DNA of 42,951 bases, from positions 1 to 42,951 of the forward strand of contig JAYSWN010000012.1 of NCBI GenBank assembly GCA_043718025.1, given 5' to 3'. Below the pieces are notes generated by a model that worked only from the letters and a program-made list of their open reading frames with translations, was not told the DNA's origin and did no database searches. The position numbers and the translations under genes were made by a program. Positions 8,727-18,529 of this stretch are shown here, piece after piece. The stretch's first letter is position 1, and every line of letters begins with the position of its first letter. Source of the DNA: Pseudomonadota bacterium. Its GTDB lineage: Bacteria > Bdellovibrionota > FAC87 > UBA2466.

Positions 8727-11700
8727 CCCCGCTTGGCGGATAGCCTAGTGGCTCCTCGCGGTAATCACGTGGTTGAAACTCTGGCTCTTCAAACGGATTT
8801 TCGCGACGTGGCCGCGCTGCCGGAGCGGCATTGCCCGCGCGATCCCGGTCAAAGTGACGAGGCCCACGCTCTGAACGTTCGCCACTTCTCGGAGCGTCAG
8901 TGCGAGGAGCGTCATTTCTCGGAGCATCGTTTCTCGGAGCATCGTTTCTCGGAGCGTCGTTTCTCGGAGCGTCGTTACCACGGTTTTCGTTACCGCGAGA
9001 TTCGTTACCGCGATCGCGATCTGGTCGGCGCTCATTGCCGCGATCTCGATCGTAGCCGCGATCGGAAGTCCGAGCCGGTGGCCTTTCTGGCCCGCGATCG
9101 GAGTTACCACGCTCTGGCCGATCGTAACTGCTACTTGAGCTGCTACGTTCCGGTGCGCGATCATATCCACCACTACGTTCGGGTCCGCGATCGTATCCCC
9201 CACGCCCACCGCGATCTCCGCCGCCTTCACGGCTGCTACTGCTGCGATCACGGTCGCCGCCAGCACTGCGTGAAGGGCCACGTCCGTCAGAACGCCCGCC
9301 GCCACCGCCAACTGGACGAGGGCCACGATTGCCACGGTCATCACCGCCGCGTCCACCGCGATCGCGTCCGCCACCACCGCCGCCACGTGTATCTCTACCG
9401 CGTCCGCCACCGCCACTACTCTGTCGTCCGTCGGAGACAGAACGGCGGTTACCATAATCACCACCGCGGTCGCGTTCTACGCCACGATCTCGGTCACGAC
9501 CGCCGCGATCTGCTGGAAAACGTTCATTGCCCGGTGAAGAGTCTTCGGCATCAAAATCAGCTCCCGGACCTCGGGGCTGTCTGGTCGGCCGATCTCCCGA
9601 TGGCTCTGCAGCCCGTTCAGGGCGATCACTCCGCTCCGATCGCTCCGACCGATCTGGCCGCTCCGAACGTTCCGATCGCTCTGGACGATCTTCACGTTCT
9701 GAACTGCGCGCAACCCGTTCCGGGCGCACGCCTCCTTCAGGAGTAACCGTTTCGGTCTCGCTTCCGGCTTCCACCGGCGCCACCGCCTCTTCGGTACGAA
9801 CCGTGCGTTCGGTCCGTTCTGGCCGACTGCCACGTTCCGGGCGCCCACCGCCGCTTGGCTCAGGATTGCTCGGACCGTCACCACCATTTTTTGGTAGCAA
9901 CGCTTTACGCGACAAACGAATTTTACCGCTCGGGTCTACTTCAAGGCACTTCACCTTGATGATATCCCCCTCTTTCACCACGTCTTCGACGCGGCGAACA
10001 CGGTAATGATCGAGCTCCGAAATATGGCAAAGGCCATCGGTTCCGGGAATAATTTCAATAAAGGCACCAAACTCCGCAATGCGGCTGACGCGCCCTTCGT
10101 AAATTTTGCCCGGTTCAGCCTCTTGAACGATGTTTTCAATCATCTCAATCGCGCGCTTAGCGGCATCTTGATCTACCGACGCAATATGAATCGTTCCATC
10201 ATCTTCGATGTCGATTTTCACGCCTGTTTTTTCAATGATCCCACGAACCACTTTGCCGCCGGATCCGATAACTTCACGGACCTTTTCGGGACGCACCTTA
10301 ATCGTGAAAATGCGCGGGGCATATTGCGAGAATTCTAAGGCTGGAACTGAAATGGCTTCGCTCATCTTAGCCAAGATGTGCAAACGCCCCTCTTTCGCTT
10401 GATCCAACGCTTCAGTCATGATCTCGCGGGAGACGCCACCGATTTTCAAATCCATTTGAAAGGCAGTGATACCATCGGCCGTGCCACAAACTTTGAAGTC
10501 CATGTCACCCAAATGATCTTCATCACCGAGAATGTCAGAAAGGACGCGATATTTATCGTCCTCTTTGATTAACCCCATCGCCACGCCAGCAACCGCCTTT
10601 GGAATTGGCACACCAGCCTGCATTAACGCCATGCTGCCGCTACAGACCGTGGCCATCGACGAGGAGCCGTTGCTTTCCAACACTTCCGAAACCAAACGGA
10701 TCGTATACGGAAACACTTCTTTCGAAGGAATCACGTACGCTAAGGCACGCTCGGCCAAAAACCCGTGTCCCACTTCACGACGTCCGGGTGGACGCAAGGG
10801 ACGCGCCTCACCGACCGAAAAGGGAGGGAAATTGTAATGGAGCAAGAAAGACTTATTATAGATTCCGCTGATCGAGTCGATCTTCTGCTCGTCATCCGAA
10901 GTGCCTAACGTCACCGTGCCCAAAACCTGAGTTTCGCCACGGGTGAACAACGCCGAACCATGCACGCGAGGCAATAAATTGATATCGCAGGTGATGGGAC
11001 GAATGTCTTTGTAGTCTCGGCCATCAATCCGATGTCCGCTATTCAAAGTAAGATCTCGCGCGTACGTCGCCTTGATCTCTTCAAGGTACGTCGACACCAG
11101 TTTGTTATGAGCCAAATCTTCTTTCAAAGTGGCGTCTTTTTTACAAAACTTTTCTTTCGCTTTGGTTTTAACCGCGGCAAGAGCTTCGTAACGTTCGAGC
11201 TTCTGCTTAACGGCGAACGCCTTCTTTAGATCAGCCAGCAAGGCCGTCTTCATCTCTTTTTTAAGCGCTTCGTTTTTAGCTGGTTTTGGGTATTGGCGTT
11301 TTTCTTTGCCAACCTTTTTGCGCAGCTCATCTTGCATCTCAAGAATGGGCATAATGCTTTTATGGGCAAACTCTAGCGCCTCAACCATTTCGGCTTCGGT
11401 CACCTCTTTCGCGCTGCCTTCTACCATCACCACGCCGGTTTTAAGGGCGGAGATAAGCACTTCCATGCGACTTTTTTCAGCGTCAGCGGGAGAAGGATTT
11501 AGTACGAAAGCACCGTCGATATGTCCCACTCGGCACGAAGCAAAGGGGCCAGACCAAGGGATGTCTGAGATGTGTAACGCGGCACTGGCGCCAATTGAAG
11601 CGGCAATGTCTGGTTCATTCACGCCGTCGATCGAAAGAACGGTGGCGGTGATAAACGTGTCACACAGAAAATCTTCGGGGAAAAGCGGCCGACTTGGCCG

Positions 11701-11985
11701 GTCAATCATGCGGGCAGAAAGCGTGGCGCGGTCAGAAGGCCTCGCTTCGCGCTTAAAGAATCCACCGGGCAATCGCCCCGCGGAGTAATATTTTTCTTGA
11801 TAATCAACGGTGAGGGGAAAGAAATCCTGATTCTCTTTCAACTCTTTGCTGGAACACACATTCACCAGCACCATCGTCTCGCCATAAGTGACAAGTACCG
11901 ACGCATCGGCTTGTTTGGCAAGTTTGCCAGTCTGGAGGGTGAGGCGGCGCCCTCCGTAGTCTACGCTTAGTTCTACGACTTCCAT
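8710..11985 (-). CDS. pnp: Polyribonucleotide nucleotidyltransferase (PNPase) with ~390-aa low-complexity C-terminal extension
   Basis: FFPLTVDY, GGFFKRE, RREVGHG, ESNGSSSMA, DHLGDMDFK, then KH (VIGSGGK) and S1 domains ending ...RLSRKALL near 9895. The frame stays open through an R/G/D/E/S/P-rich tail. Confidence 0.97.
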   Translation of the reverse strand: MEVVELSVDYGGRRLTLQTGKLAKQADASVLVTYGETMVLVNVCSSKELKENQDFFPLTVDYQEKYYSAGRLPGGFFKREARPSDRATLSARMIDRPSRPLFPEDFLCDTFITATVLSIDGVNEPDIAASIGASAALHISDIPWSGPFASCRVGHIDGAFVLNPSPADAEKSRMEVLISALKTGVVMVEGSAKEVTEAEMVEALEFAHKSIMPILEMQDELRKKVGKEKRQYPKPAKNEALKKEMKTALLADLKKAFAVKQKLERYEALAAVKTKAKEKFCKKDATLKEDLAHNKLVSTYLEEIKATYARDLTLNSGHRIDGRDYKDIRPITCDINLLPRVHGSALFTRGETQVLGTVTLGTSDDEQKIDSISGIYNKSFLLHYNFPPFSVGEARPLRPPGRREVGHGFLAERALAYVIPSKEVFPYTIRLVSEVLESNGSSSMATVCSGSMALMQAGVPIPKAVAGVAMGLIKEDDKYRVLSDILGDEDHLGDMDFKVCGTADGITAFQMDLKIGGVSREIMTEALDQAKEGRLHILAKMSEAISVPALEFSQYAPRIFTIKVRPEKVREVIGSGGKVVRGIIEKTGVKIDIEDDGTIHIASVDQDAAKRAIEMIENIVQEAEPGKIYEGRVSRIAEFGAFIEIIPGTDGLCHISELDHYRVRRVEDVVKEGDIIKVKCLEVDPSGKIRLSRKALLPKNGGDGPSNPEPSGGGRPERGSRPERTERTVRTEEAVAPVEAGSETETVTPEGGVRPERVARSSEREDRPERSERSERPDRSERSERSDRPERAAEPSGDRPTRQPRGPGADFDAEDSSPGNERFPADRGGRDRDRGVERDRGGDYGNRRSVSDGRQSSGGGGRGRDTRGGGGGGRDRGGRGGDDRGNRGPRPVGGGGGRSDGRGPSRSAGGDRDRSSSSREGGGDRGGRGGYDRGPERSGGYDRAPERSSSSSSYDRPERGNSDRGPERPPARTSDRGYDRDRGNERRPDRDRGNESRGNENRGNDAPRNDAPRNDAPRNDAPRNDAPRTDAPRSGERSERGPRHFDRDRAGNAAPAARPRRENPFEEPEFQPRDYREEPLGYPPSGDDEDR
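8886..9005 (-). repeat. Eight 15-bp tandem units inside the pnp tail (encoding RNDAP/RGNES pentapeptides)
   Basis: On the + strand, ttctcggagc(a/g)tcgt occurs x4 at 8916-8975, flanked by four degenerate 15-mers. Confidence 0.9.
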
Positions 11986-12025
11986 GGAAAGCCCCTTCTT
12001 TCTATTTGTAAGGGTTTATTTAGTT

Positions 12026-12295
12026 TTATTTGCGAATATTAAGACGCTCGATGAGGGTCTTATACCGCTGTTCGTCTGTCTTTTTGAGGTAGTCGAGTTG
12101 ACGACGACGAGCGCTAACCATTTGCAACAGACCACGACGTGAGTGGTGGTCTTTTTTATGGTGTTTGAAATGCGGGGTCAGACTGTTGATCGTCTCCGTT
12201 AAAAGCGCAACTTGCACCTCGGGAGACCCCGTATCGTGCTCATGCACACGATAAGTGTTAATCATTTCGGACTTCTTTACTTTTGTCAGACTCAA
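12026..12295 (-). CDS. rpsO: 30S ribosomal protein S15
   Basis: [25 protein letters not shown] and LDYLK; TTG start with GAGGT RBS. Confidence 0.98.
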   Translation of the reverse strand: MSLTKVKKSEMINTYRVHEHDTGSPEVQVALLTETINSLTPHFKHHKKDHHSRRGLLQMVSARRRQLDYLKKTDEQRYKTLIERLNIRK

Positions 12296-12343
12296 GCTTG
12301 ATTACCTCTACGTTTTAACTTGCTTAGCGGTTTATCACCATCA

Positions 12344-13144
12344 TTACGGAATGGCAACGTGATGAGACAAAGGAGGCACCGCATTTTGCCCCCCGGCCCA
12401 TTTAGCATCCGTCGGTACCCGAGGTGCCTGTTTGGCGAGGTGATGTAACCTCATTAGGCTATGCCGCCCTTGGGTCATCGCCCCATCCGTTTGCTCCTCG
12501 AATTCGGTTACGGTGAGCGATTCCTCAATCGAGAACTCTCCGCAAGCTAGGCGACGAAGCTCGGTTAAATGAGCTAACGTGCCTAAACGCTTTCCGATTT
12601 CTGAGGCAAGGGAACGGATGTACGTCCCTTTAGAACAGTGCACTTCGAACTCAATGATAGGAAGTTCCACTCTGACTACATTTATTGAAAATAACATTAC
12701 GGCGATTGGCTCGCGTTCGATGGTGATGTTTTTGCGGGCAAGCTCGTATAAGCGAACGCCGTCCTTCTTTTTCGCACTAAACATCGGGGGGGTCTGCATC
12801 CACTCCCCTTCAAACGATTTAACGGCCTTTTCGATTTCATCCACGCTCAACGCTGGAACCGGGGCTTCTCCAACCACTTCGCCGGTGCGGTCTAGAGTGT
12901 TGGTCTCGAAGCCCAATTTCATGGTCGCGTGATACTTTTTATCCGCATTAAGTAAAAGATTAGAGGCTTTAGTGGCCTTACCCGTGAGTAGGACCAAAAC
13001 GCCGCTGGCAAAAGGATCCAGGCTACCGGCGTGGCCCACTTTCATTCCCCCCAGGCGGCGACGCACTTGGCGAACCACGTCAAAGCTGGTGGGACCAGGC
13101 ACTTTGTCGATTACCAAAAGGGCCGGAACTTCAATGGGCTTCAT
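12344..13144 (-). CDS. truB: tRNA pseudouridine-55 synthase
   Basis: KVGHAGSLDPFASGVL, QTPPMFSAKK.DG.RLYELAR and CSKGTYIRSL. Confidence 0.95.
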   Translation of the reverse strand: MKPIEVPALLVIDKVPGPTSFDVVRQVRRRLGGMKVGHAGSLDPFASGVLVLLTGKATKASNLLLNADKKYHATMKLGFETNTLDRTGEVVGEAPVPALSVDEIEKAVKSFEGEWMQTPPMFSAKKKDGVRLYELARKNITIEREPIAVMLFSINVVRVELPIIEFEVHCSKGTYIRSLASEIGKRLGTLAHLTELRRLACGEFSIEESLTVTEFEEQTDGAMTQGRHSLMRLHHLAKQAPRVPTDAKWAGGQNAVPPLSHHVAIP

Positions 13145-13517
13145 CGGATGAGCCTCCGCTCAAGGCGCTCACCGGCGGAGCTGAAGAAAAACCATGCAGC
13201 AAGCCCAATACCCGATCGCGCGAGTCGCCATCGGCATCAAAGCAAAATTCAAGCTCGGGGATATAACGCAAGTCTAATTTCTGGGCGAGCCGCCGTCGAA
13301 AAAAGGGGATCACCTTGGGAAATAGCTTATCCGCCGCTTTAGGATTGCCCTCACGAAGCCGGTACCACACGAACGCTTTTTTCATGTCGCCGCTCACTTC
13401 AACCTGGCTAATCCAGGCCGAGGTTAGCTCGGGCTTTTCCACTTCAAACAGCAGCAGAGAGCTTAGCTCCTGTCGCAACATTTCCGCTAATTTCGATAAA
13501 CGCCGGTCTTTAATCAT
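13131..13517 (-). CDS. rbfA: Ribosome-binding factor A
   Basis: ISQVEVSGDMKKAFVW and LRYIPELEFCFD; position between infB and truB. Confidence 0.9.
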   Translation of the reverse strand: MIKDRRLSKLAEMLRQELSSLLLFEVEKPELTSAWISQVEVSGDMKKAFVWYRLREGNPKAADKLFPKVIPFFRRRLAQKLDLRYIPELEFCFDADGDSRDRVLGLLHGFSSAPPVSALSGGSSDEAH

Positions 13518-16234
13518 CAGAGTACCCCGTGAATTTCCTCTTTAAGGAACGCTTCAAACTGGTCACCCTGCTTCACGTCATTAAAGTTCTCAAGGCCAAT
13601 ACCGCACTCAAAGCCCTGTGAAACCTCTTTCACGTCATCTTTGAAACGACGAAGGCTTGAGATCTTACCCTCGTAAACTACGCGGCTGTCACGAAGTAGT
13701 CGCAAGAAGCAACCCCGAACGACTTTACCGTCGAGCACCGCAGAACCGGCAATGACGCCAATTTTGGGTACGCTGAACACTTCACGAACTTCGGCACGAC
13801 CAATCACTTTTTCTTTAATGGTCTTGTCGAGCAGCCCTTCCATGAACTTCTTGGTGTCTTCAATCAAGTCATAAATGATGGTGTAAGTGCGCACTTCAAC
13901 CCGCTCAACTTCGGCGAGCTTGAGCGCCTTAAGATCAGGGCGAACATTAAAGCCAAGAACCACCGCTTTACTGGCGGCGGCCAAGTTGACATCGCTCTCG
14001 ACAATTCCACCGGTCGCCACATGAAGGATTTTAACCTTGGCTTTGGTCGAGGGAATTTTCACCAGTGATTCACGCAACGCTTCGGCTGAACCTTGCACGT
14101 CGGTTTTTAAAATCACCCTCAGCTCTTTTTCGGTGGAGCTGCTGGCGCTGAGCATTTCCTCGAGCGTCATTTTAGGACGTTCCAGGGTCTTCTCTTTTTT
14201 CTGAGCGAGACGTTCGTTCACCAGCTCTTTGGCGTCGCCTTCGTTGTCAAAAACGGTCAAGTCATCGCCGACGACCGGCACCACGGTAAGCCCTAACACT
14301 TCGACCGGTTCACCCGGCAAAGCTTCGTCCAGTTTCTTTCCGTAAGAGTCCGCCATGGCCCGCACCTTGCCCATTGCCGACCCACAAACCACCAAATCAC
14401 CGGGGCGAAGTTTTCCGTGCTGAATGAGTACGGTAGCCATTGGACCGCGGTTTTTATCAAGACGGGCCTCAACCACGCTGCCGCGCGCCGGAATATCGTA
14501 GTTAGCGGTGAGCTCAAGCATTTCGGCCTGAAGCAGAATGCTTTCAAGCAGCTTATCTAGCCCGACCCCAGTTTTCGCGGAGACCGGAACGTAAATCGTT
14601 TCGCCGCCCCACTCTTCCGGGTTTAAATCATGACCAGCCAATGTCTGCTTAATGCGATCGGCATTGGAATCCGGAAGGTCGATCTTGTTTACCGCCACAA
14701 TCAGGGGAACTCCCGCCGCTTTAGCGTGCGCCACCGATTCCAACGTTTGCGGCATCACGCCGTCGACGGCCGAGACCACCAAAATTACGATGTCCGTTAC
14801 TTTTGCGCCGCGGGCCCGCATGGCCGTGAAAGCCTCATGGCCCGGGGTGTCGATAAAAGTGATTCGCCCTTTCGGATGCGTTACGGTGTAGGCACCGATG
14901 TGCTGGGTAATTCCCCCGGCCTCGCCGGCGGCCACTTGGGTTTTGCGAATGGCATCCAAAAGCGAGGTTTTTCCATGATCCACATGGCCCATGATCGTAA
15001 CCACCGGACCGCGTGGCTTTTGGTTCTCCGGCGACAAGTCAATTTGCGTGACGTAATCAGCCTCTTTAAACATTTTTTGGGTAATCTCGTAGCCAAACTC
15101 TTGAGCCACTAGCGTTGCCACATCATAGTCAATTGGTTGGTTCATCGTGGCGGTAACGCCCATGGCGATCAACTTGGAGATGAGTTGCGGCGCTTTAATG
15201 CCCATCTCTTTCGCCAACAAAGCCACGGTGATGTTTTCGCCCATTTCCACCACACGTTTGTGCTGCGCAGATTTGGTGATTTGGGTTTTTAACAGCGGCC
15301 GGCTGATCGCATTACGACGTTTTTTTGTCGCGTGAACCAACTCGCGCTTCAGATAATCAGTGCTGCGAAACGTGGCCCCTTTGTCTCCACCCGTTTTGCG
15401 GCGACCGGCGGCGTCTTTAGAAGGATCAAGGACCAGCGGGGTCATTTCCACTTCTTTAACTTTACGTAAACCAAAACCACCGGGGCTCGCGCCCGGAGTG
15501 CCGGGCTTTGGCCGGGCATTGGGATCCGTTTTGAGGGCGACTGGTCGCTCTTTCTTTTCCAATTTAGGCCCGATGGTGTCGCCCAAATGCTGTTCCACCG
15601 TGGTCTTTTTAATAATCGAAGCGTAAATGCGACGCGGAGACGGTGTCGGCACCACCACCCTTTTTGCCAAGGGTGGCTGGATGGCCGGGGCTTTAGGCGC
15701 ACTCGGTTTCGCCACGGCCGGAGGCGGAGCCACCTGCACCGGGGTAGCGGCTAATTCTTCTTTCAACTCAGGCGCGGTTGTCGGAGCTTCAGCCTCAACC
15801 TCGGTTTCGGCTGGTGTGGCTTCCATCACGCTTGGCGTTTCTTCGGCTTCCTGGAAGACTTCGGCGGCCAACTCTTCAGGTTGCCCCTCTTGCTCAGCAA
15901 CGATCTCTTCGACGGCGGTCTCAACCGGAGATTCCTTTACCGTGTCAGCGGCACGGCGACGAATCAGCGTGGCGCCGACCCGCTTTTCAGTAACTCCGGG
16001 CTTTACCACCACTGAGGCGGGCGCCGCAGACTTGACCGGCGCAGGTCTATTTTTGCGGACGAAATCGCGAACGGCGCGGGCCTCTTCGGAACCAAGGACA
16101 CTCATGGTGTTCTTGATGTCGATGCCGAGTCGCTGAACTGAATCCACAAGATGCTGAGCGTCCATGGAAAGCTCTTTGGCCAGCTCATAGACCTTTATCT
16201 TCATGGAGGAATCACTTTTTGTAGTTCTTGGCAT
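13517..16234 (-). CDS. infB: Translation initiation factor IF-2
   Basis: [10 protein letters not shown]-domain, [20 protein letters not shown] and ECGIGL. Confidence 0.98.
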   Translation of the reverse strand: MPRTTKSDSSMKIKVYELAKELSMDAQHLVDSVQRLGIDIKNTMSVLGSEEARAVRDFVRKNRPAPVKSAAPASVVVKPGVTEKRVGATLIRRRAADTVKESPVETAVEEIVAEQEGQPEELAAEVFQEAEETPSVMEATPAETEVEAEAPTTAPELKEELAATPVQVAPPPAVAKPSAPKAPAIQPPLAKRVVVPTPSPRRIYASIIKKTTVEQHLGDTIGPKLEKKERPVALKTDPNARPKPGTPGASPGGFGLRKVKEVEMTPLVLDPSKDAAGRRKTGGDKGATFRSTDYLKRELVHATKKRRNAISRPLLKTQITKSAQHKRVVEMGENITVALLAKEMGIKAPQLISKLIAMGVTATMNQPIDYDVATLVAQEFGYEITQKMFKEADYVTQIDLSPENQKPRGPVVTIMGHVDHGKTSLLDAIRKTQVAAGEAGGITQHIGAYTVTHPKGRITFIDTPGHEAFTAMRARGAKVTDIVILVVSAVDGVMPQTLESVAHAKAAGVPLIVAVNKIDLPDSNADRIKQTLAGHDLNPEEWGGETIYVPVSAKTGVGLDKLLESILLQAEMLELTANYDIPARGSVVEARLDKNRGPMATVLIQHGKLRPGDLVVCGSAMGKVRAMADSYGKKLDEALPGEPVEVLGLTVVPVVGDDLTVFDNEGDAKELVNERLAQKKEKTLERPKMTLEEMLSASSSTEKELRVILKTDVQGSAEALRESLVKIPSTKAKVKILHVATGGIVESDVNLAAASKAVVLGFNVRPDLKALKLAEVERVEVRTYTIIYDLIEDTKKFMEGLLDKTIKEKVIGRAEVREVFSVPKIGVIAGSAVLDGKVVRGCFLRLLRDSRVVYEGKISSLRRFKDDVKEVSQGFECGIGLENFNDVKQGDQFEAFLKEEIHGVL

Positions 16235-16304
16235 AGTTTCTTAACTAGCTCCTTAAAGCTCTCAATTGACTAAAGTCGCGCTGCATTTGCACTACGTGAG
16301 ACAT

Positions 16305-17711
16305 CTAGTTTGAGCCTGCCTCTTTACTTTCAGTTTCTTGCATAATTTTTTCTTTTTCCTGATGCGCCTTCACTTCAGCCTTTAACCGCTCAAATAGCGC
16401 ATCCGATCCTCCCGCACGAGGACCCTTACTTGCTTCTCGCTCAAGCGCCGCCATCCGATCTTTAGCCACCGTATAATTTCCCGATTCGATATAGGCCTTG
16501 GCCGCCGCTTGAATCTCTTTTGCCTTGTCTTCCGTGCATCCGGGCACCTGAATCATGTTTTCGATCGGCGCGGTCGCCACATTCTCCACCGAGTAACCGG
16601 CCTGATAAAAGGCTTGGGTTAACGTCTCGGTCATGCCTTCGATCGACATTAAAAGCCGTTTGTGGTCTTCGGTACGGCGATGCATTCGAGAGTCAGACAA
16701 AATATCTAGCTTCCAGCCAGTTAAGTGAGACGCCAATTTTACGTTTTGACCGCGCTTGCCAATGGCCAAAGAGAGCTGATTATCGGCAACCACGATTTCC
16801 ATCGCATGCGCCTCTTCATCAATCAGCACCTTGATCACTTCAGCCGGAGCGAGTGAGTTACAAACAAAACGGGTTTCGTCTTCATCCCAAGGTACGATGT
16901 CAATCTTTTCACCACGTAGCTCTTGCACTACGTTTTGTACGCGAGCGCCTTTAACGCCCACACAAGCGCCGACTGGATCGACGTCGGAATCAGTCGAAAA
17001 AACCGCGATTTTAGCGCGGATACCGGGCTCACGAGCGGCGGTCTTGATCTGCACGATGCCTTCAGAAACTTCGGGAACTTCTTGTTTAAAGAGCTGAATC
17101 AACAATTCTGGACAGGTTCGTGACAAAACGATCTTTGGACCGCGCGGAGTCTGTTGCACGTCGATGAGGTAGCCCATCACCCGATCGCCAGGGCGATAGT
17201 TTTCACCAGGAATCTGTTCCCGCGTCGGTAAAATGGCATCGGTGCGGCCTAAGTCGACCACGATGCAGCCTTTTTCAATGCGGCGCACGCTTCCACTCAC
17301 GACCTCACCGCGGCGTACGGCAAATTCGTTATAAATAATGTCGCGCTCAGCATCTCGCACTTTTTGAATAATGACCTGCTTTGCCGTCTGTGCGGCGATG
17401 CGGCCAAACTCCGAAGCGTCGAGTTTAATACCGATGCTATCGCCCAAAACCACGTCGGGATCTAAGCGGGTGGCTTCGGCGGCCTGCACTTCGACGTCCG
17501 CGTTGGCTACGGTTTCAACCACCGTTTTAAATTGGAAAAGCTCTACTTCGCCCAAGTCTTCGTTGAAGTGGGCTTCGATCTCTTTTTCGAGGCCGTATCT
17601 CTTTTTGGCGGCCATGAGCATGGCCGCTTCTAAGGCCTCTACTAAAATTGCGCGGTCGATTCCTTTATCTTTTTCGACCTGGTCTAATACTCTGGCTAAT
17701 TCTGATGCCAT
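16305..17711 (-). CDS. nusA: Transcription termination/antitermination factor NusA
   Basis: FGRIAAQTAKQVI, AREPG.RAKIAV, DPVGACVG and SLAIGKRGQNV, with C-terminal acidic HhH repeats. Confidence 0.98.
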   Translation of the reverse strand: MASELARVLDQVEKDKGIDRAILVEALEAAMLMAAKKRYGLEKEIEAHFNEDLGEVELFQFKTVVETVANADVEVQAAEATRLDPDVVLGDSIGIKLDASEFGRIAAQTAKQVIIQKVRDAERDIIYNEFAVRRGEVVSGSVRRIEKGCIVVDLGRTDAILPTREQIPGENYRPGDRVMGYLIDVQQTPRGPKIVLSRTCPELLIQLFKQEVPEVSEGIVQIKTAAREPGIRAKIAVFSTDSDVDPVGACVGVKGARVQNVVQELRGEKIDIVPWDEDETRFVCNSLAPAEVIKVLIDEEAHAMEIVVADNQLSLAIGKRGQNVKLASHLTGWKLDILSDSRMHRRTEDHKRLLMSIEGMTETLTQAFYQAGYSVENVATAPIENMIQVPGCTEDKAKEIQAAAKAYIESGNYTVAKDRMAALEREASKGPRAGGSDALFERLKAEVKAHQEKEKIMQETESKEAGSN

Positions 17712-17745
17712 AACTGCTCCTTAAACTTTCAAAAAATCTTCAAAC

Positions 17746-18240
17746 TTAGGGGCGAACTGACTCGCCCTTCCACATCACATGGGCCTGACGGACGTCGCCG
17801 AAACCCACGCTAAACTCTTTCTTATTCTGCACAAAAACCAGAAGATCATCGTCAACTCGTGACAACGTTCCCCAAGGCTTCGCGCCAAAACCCTCTTTGG
17901 ACTTCTCAAGCTTAAGCCTGATGTCCTTACCCACGGCCTTCTCGAAGTCCGCCTTCAAACGTAGGCGGCGATCCAAACCGGGCGACGACACTTCAAGATT
18001 ATAAGCGCCCGGCAACCACTCCACATTTTCCATGACGGGATCTAAGAGACGACTCGCCTCGGCACAGTCTTGAAGACCGATACGCTTCGAGGGGTCTTGC
18101 CATTCGACAAAGAGTCGAACGATGGACGTTGGACCTACATGCACATCAACATCAACCGCGCGATACCCCAAGGGACCCAGTACCGTTTCTATTAACTCCA
18201 AAAATAATTTCTCGGCCTCGGTTTTGGCGATCGAACGCAA
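17746..18240 (-). CDS. rimP: Ribosome maturation factor RimP
   Basis: DCAEASR and YNLEVSSPGLDRRL; first gene of the nusA-infB operon; TTG start. Confidence 0.93.
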   Translation of the reverse strand: MRSIAKTEAEKLFLELIETVLGPLGYRAVDVDVHVGPTSIVRLFVEWQDPSKRIGLQDCAEASRLLDPVMENVEWLPGAYNLEVSSPGLDRRLRLKADFEKAVGKDIRLKLEKSKEGFGAKPWGTLSRVDDDLLVFVQNKKEFSVGFGDVRQAHVMWKGESVRP

Positions 18241-18247
18241 ATAAAAA

Positions 18248-18298
18248 CCCGCTCATAAAAAAAAAGCGGGCCATTGCCCGCTTCGGAAAATCACCGAA
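18248..18298 (-). promoter_or_regulatory. rimP leader attenuator-like hairpin (GGGC-loop-GCCC followed by a U tract)
   Basis: The minus strand reads AAGCGGGC-AAUG-GCCCGCUU followed by U7 (stem 18264-18283), ~17 nt before the rimP start. This matches the known rimP-leader terminator motif. Confidence 0.7.
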
Positions 18299-18529
18299 AG
18301 AACGCCTCTAGATAACAGTTTTTTTCAATAAAAACAAGCAACCAGGCTTTGGCTAAGCGCCCGACGAGATTTGGGTATGCCCCGCCCCACTGGCCAGCTC
18401 CCGACTTCCCCAGGGCATATTAACTAATTAAAATTCAATGATTTAGTTCGATTTCGGGACCAACGGTTGAAAATCGGCTCCGACTGGCGCAAAGTTTCCA
18501 ATACAGATAACAATATAAGGAAGGCACCC

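Noticed and set aside
8886..9005. Possible CRISPR-like repeat
   Set aside because: The 15-bp units are contiguous with no spacers, lie in frame within a CDS, and no cas genes are present.
8700..9746. 348-aa His/Arg-rich + strand ORF and 239-aa Val/Ala-rich alternative-frame ORF (8745-9464)
   Set aside because: These are shadow frames of the GC-rich, low-complexity pnp tail, which has few stop codons in other frames. No RBS or domain is evident.
12320..12328. TTGCTTAGC upstream of rpsO identical to an arm of the 21924-21947 palindrome
   Set aside because: It is a single half-site, and one extra 9-mer match in a 43-kb window is compatible with chance.
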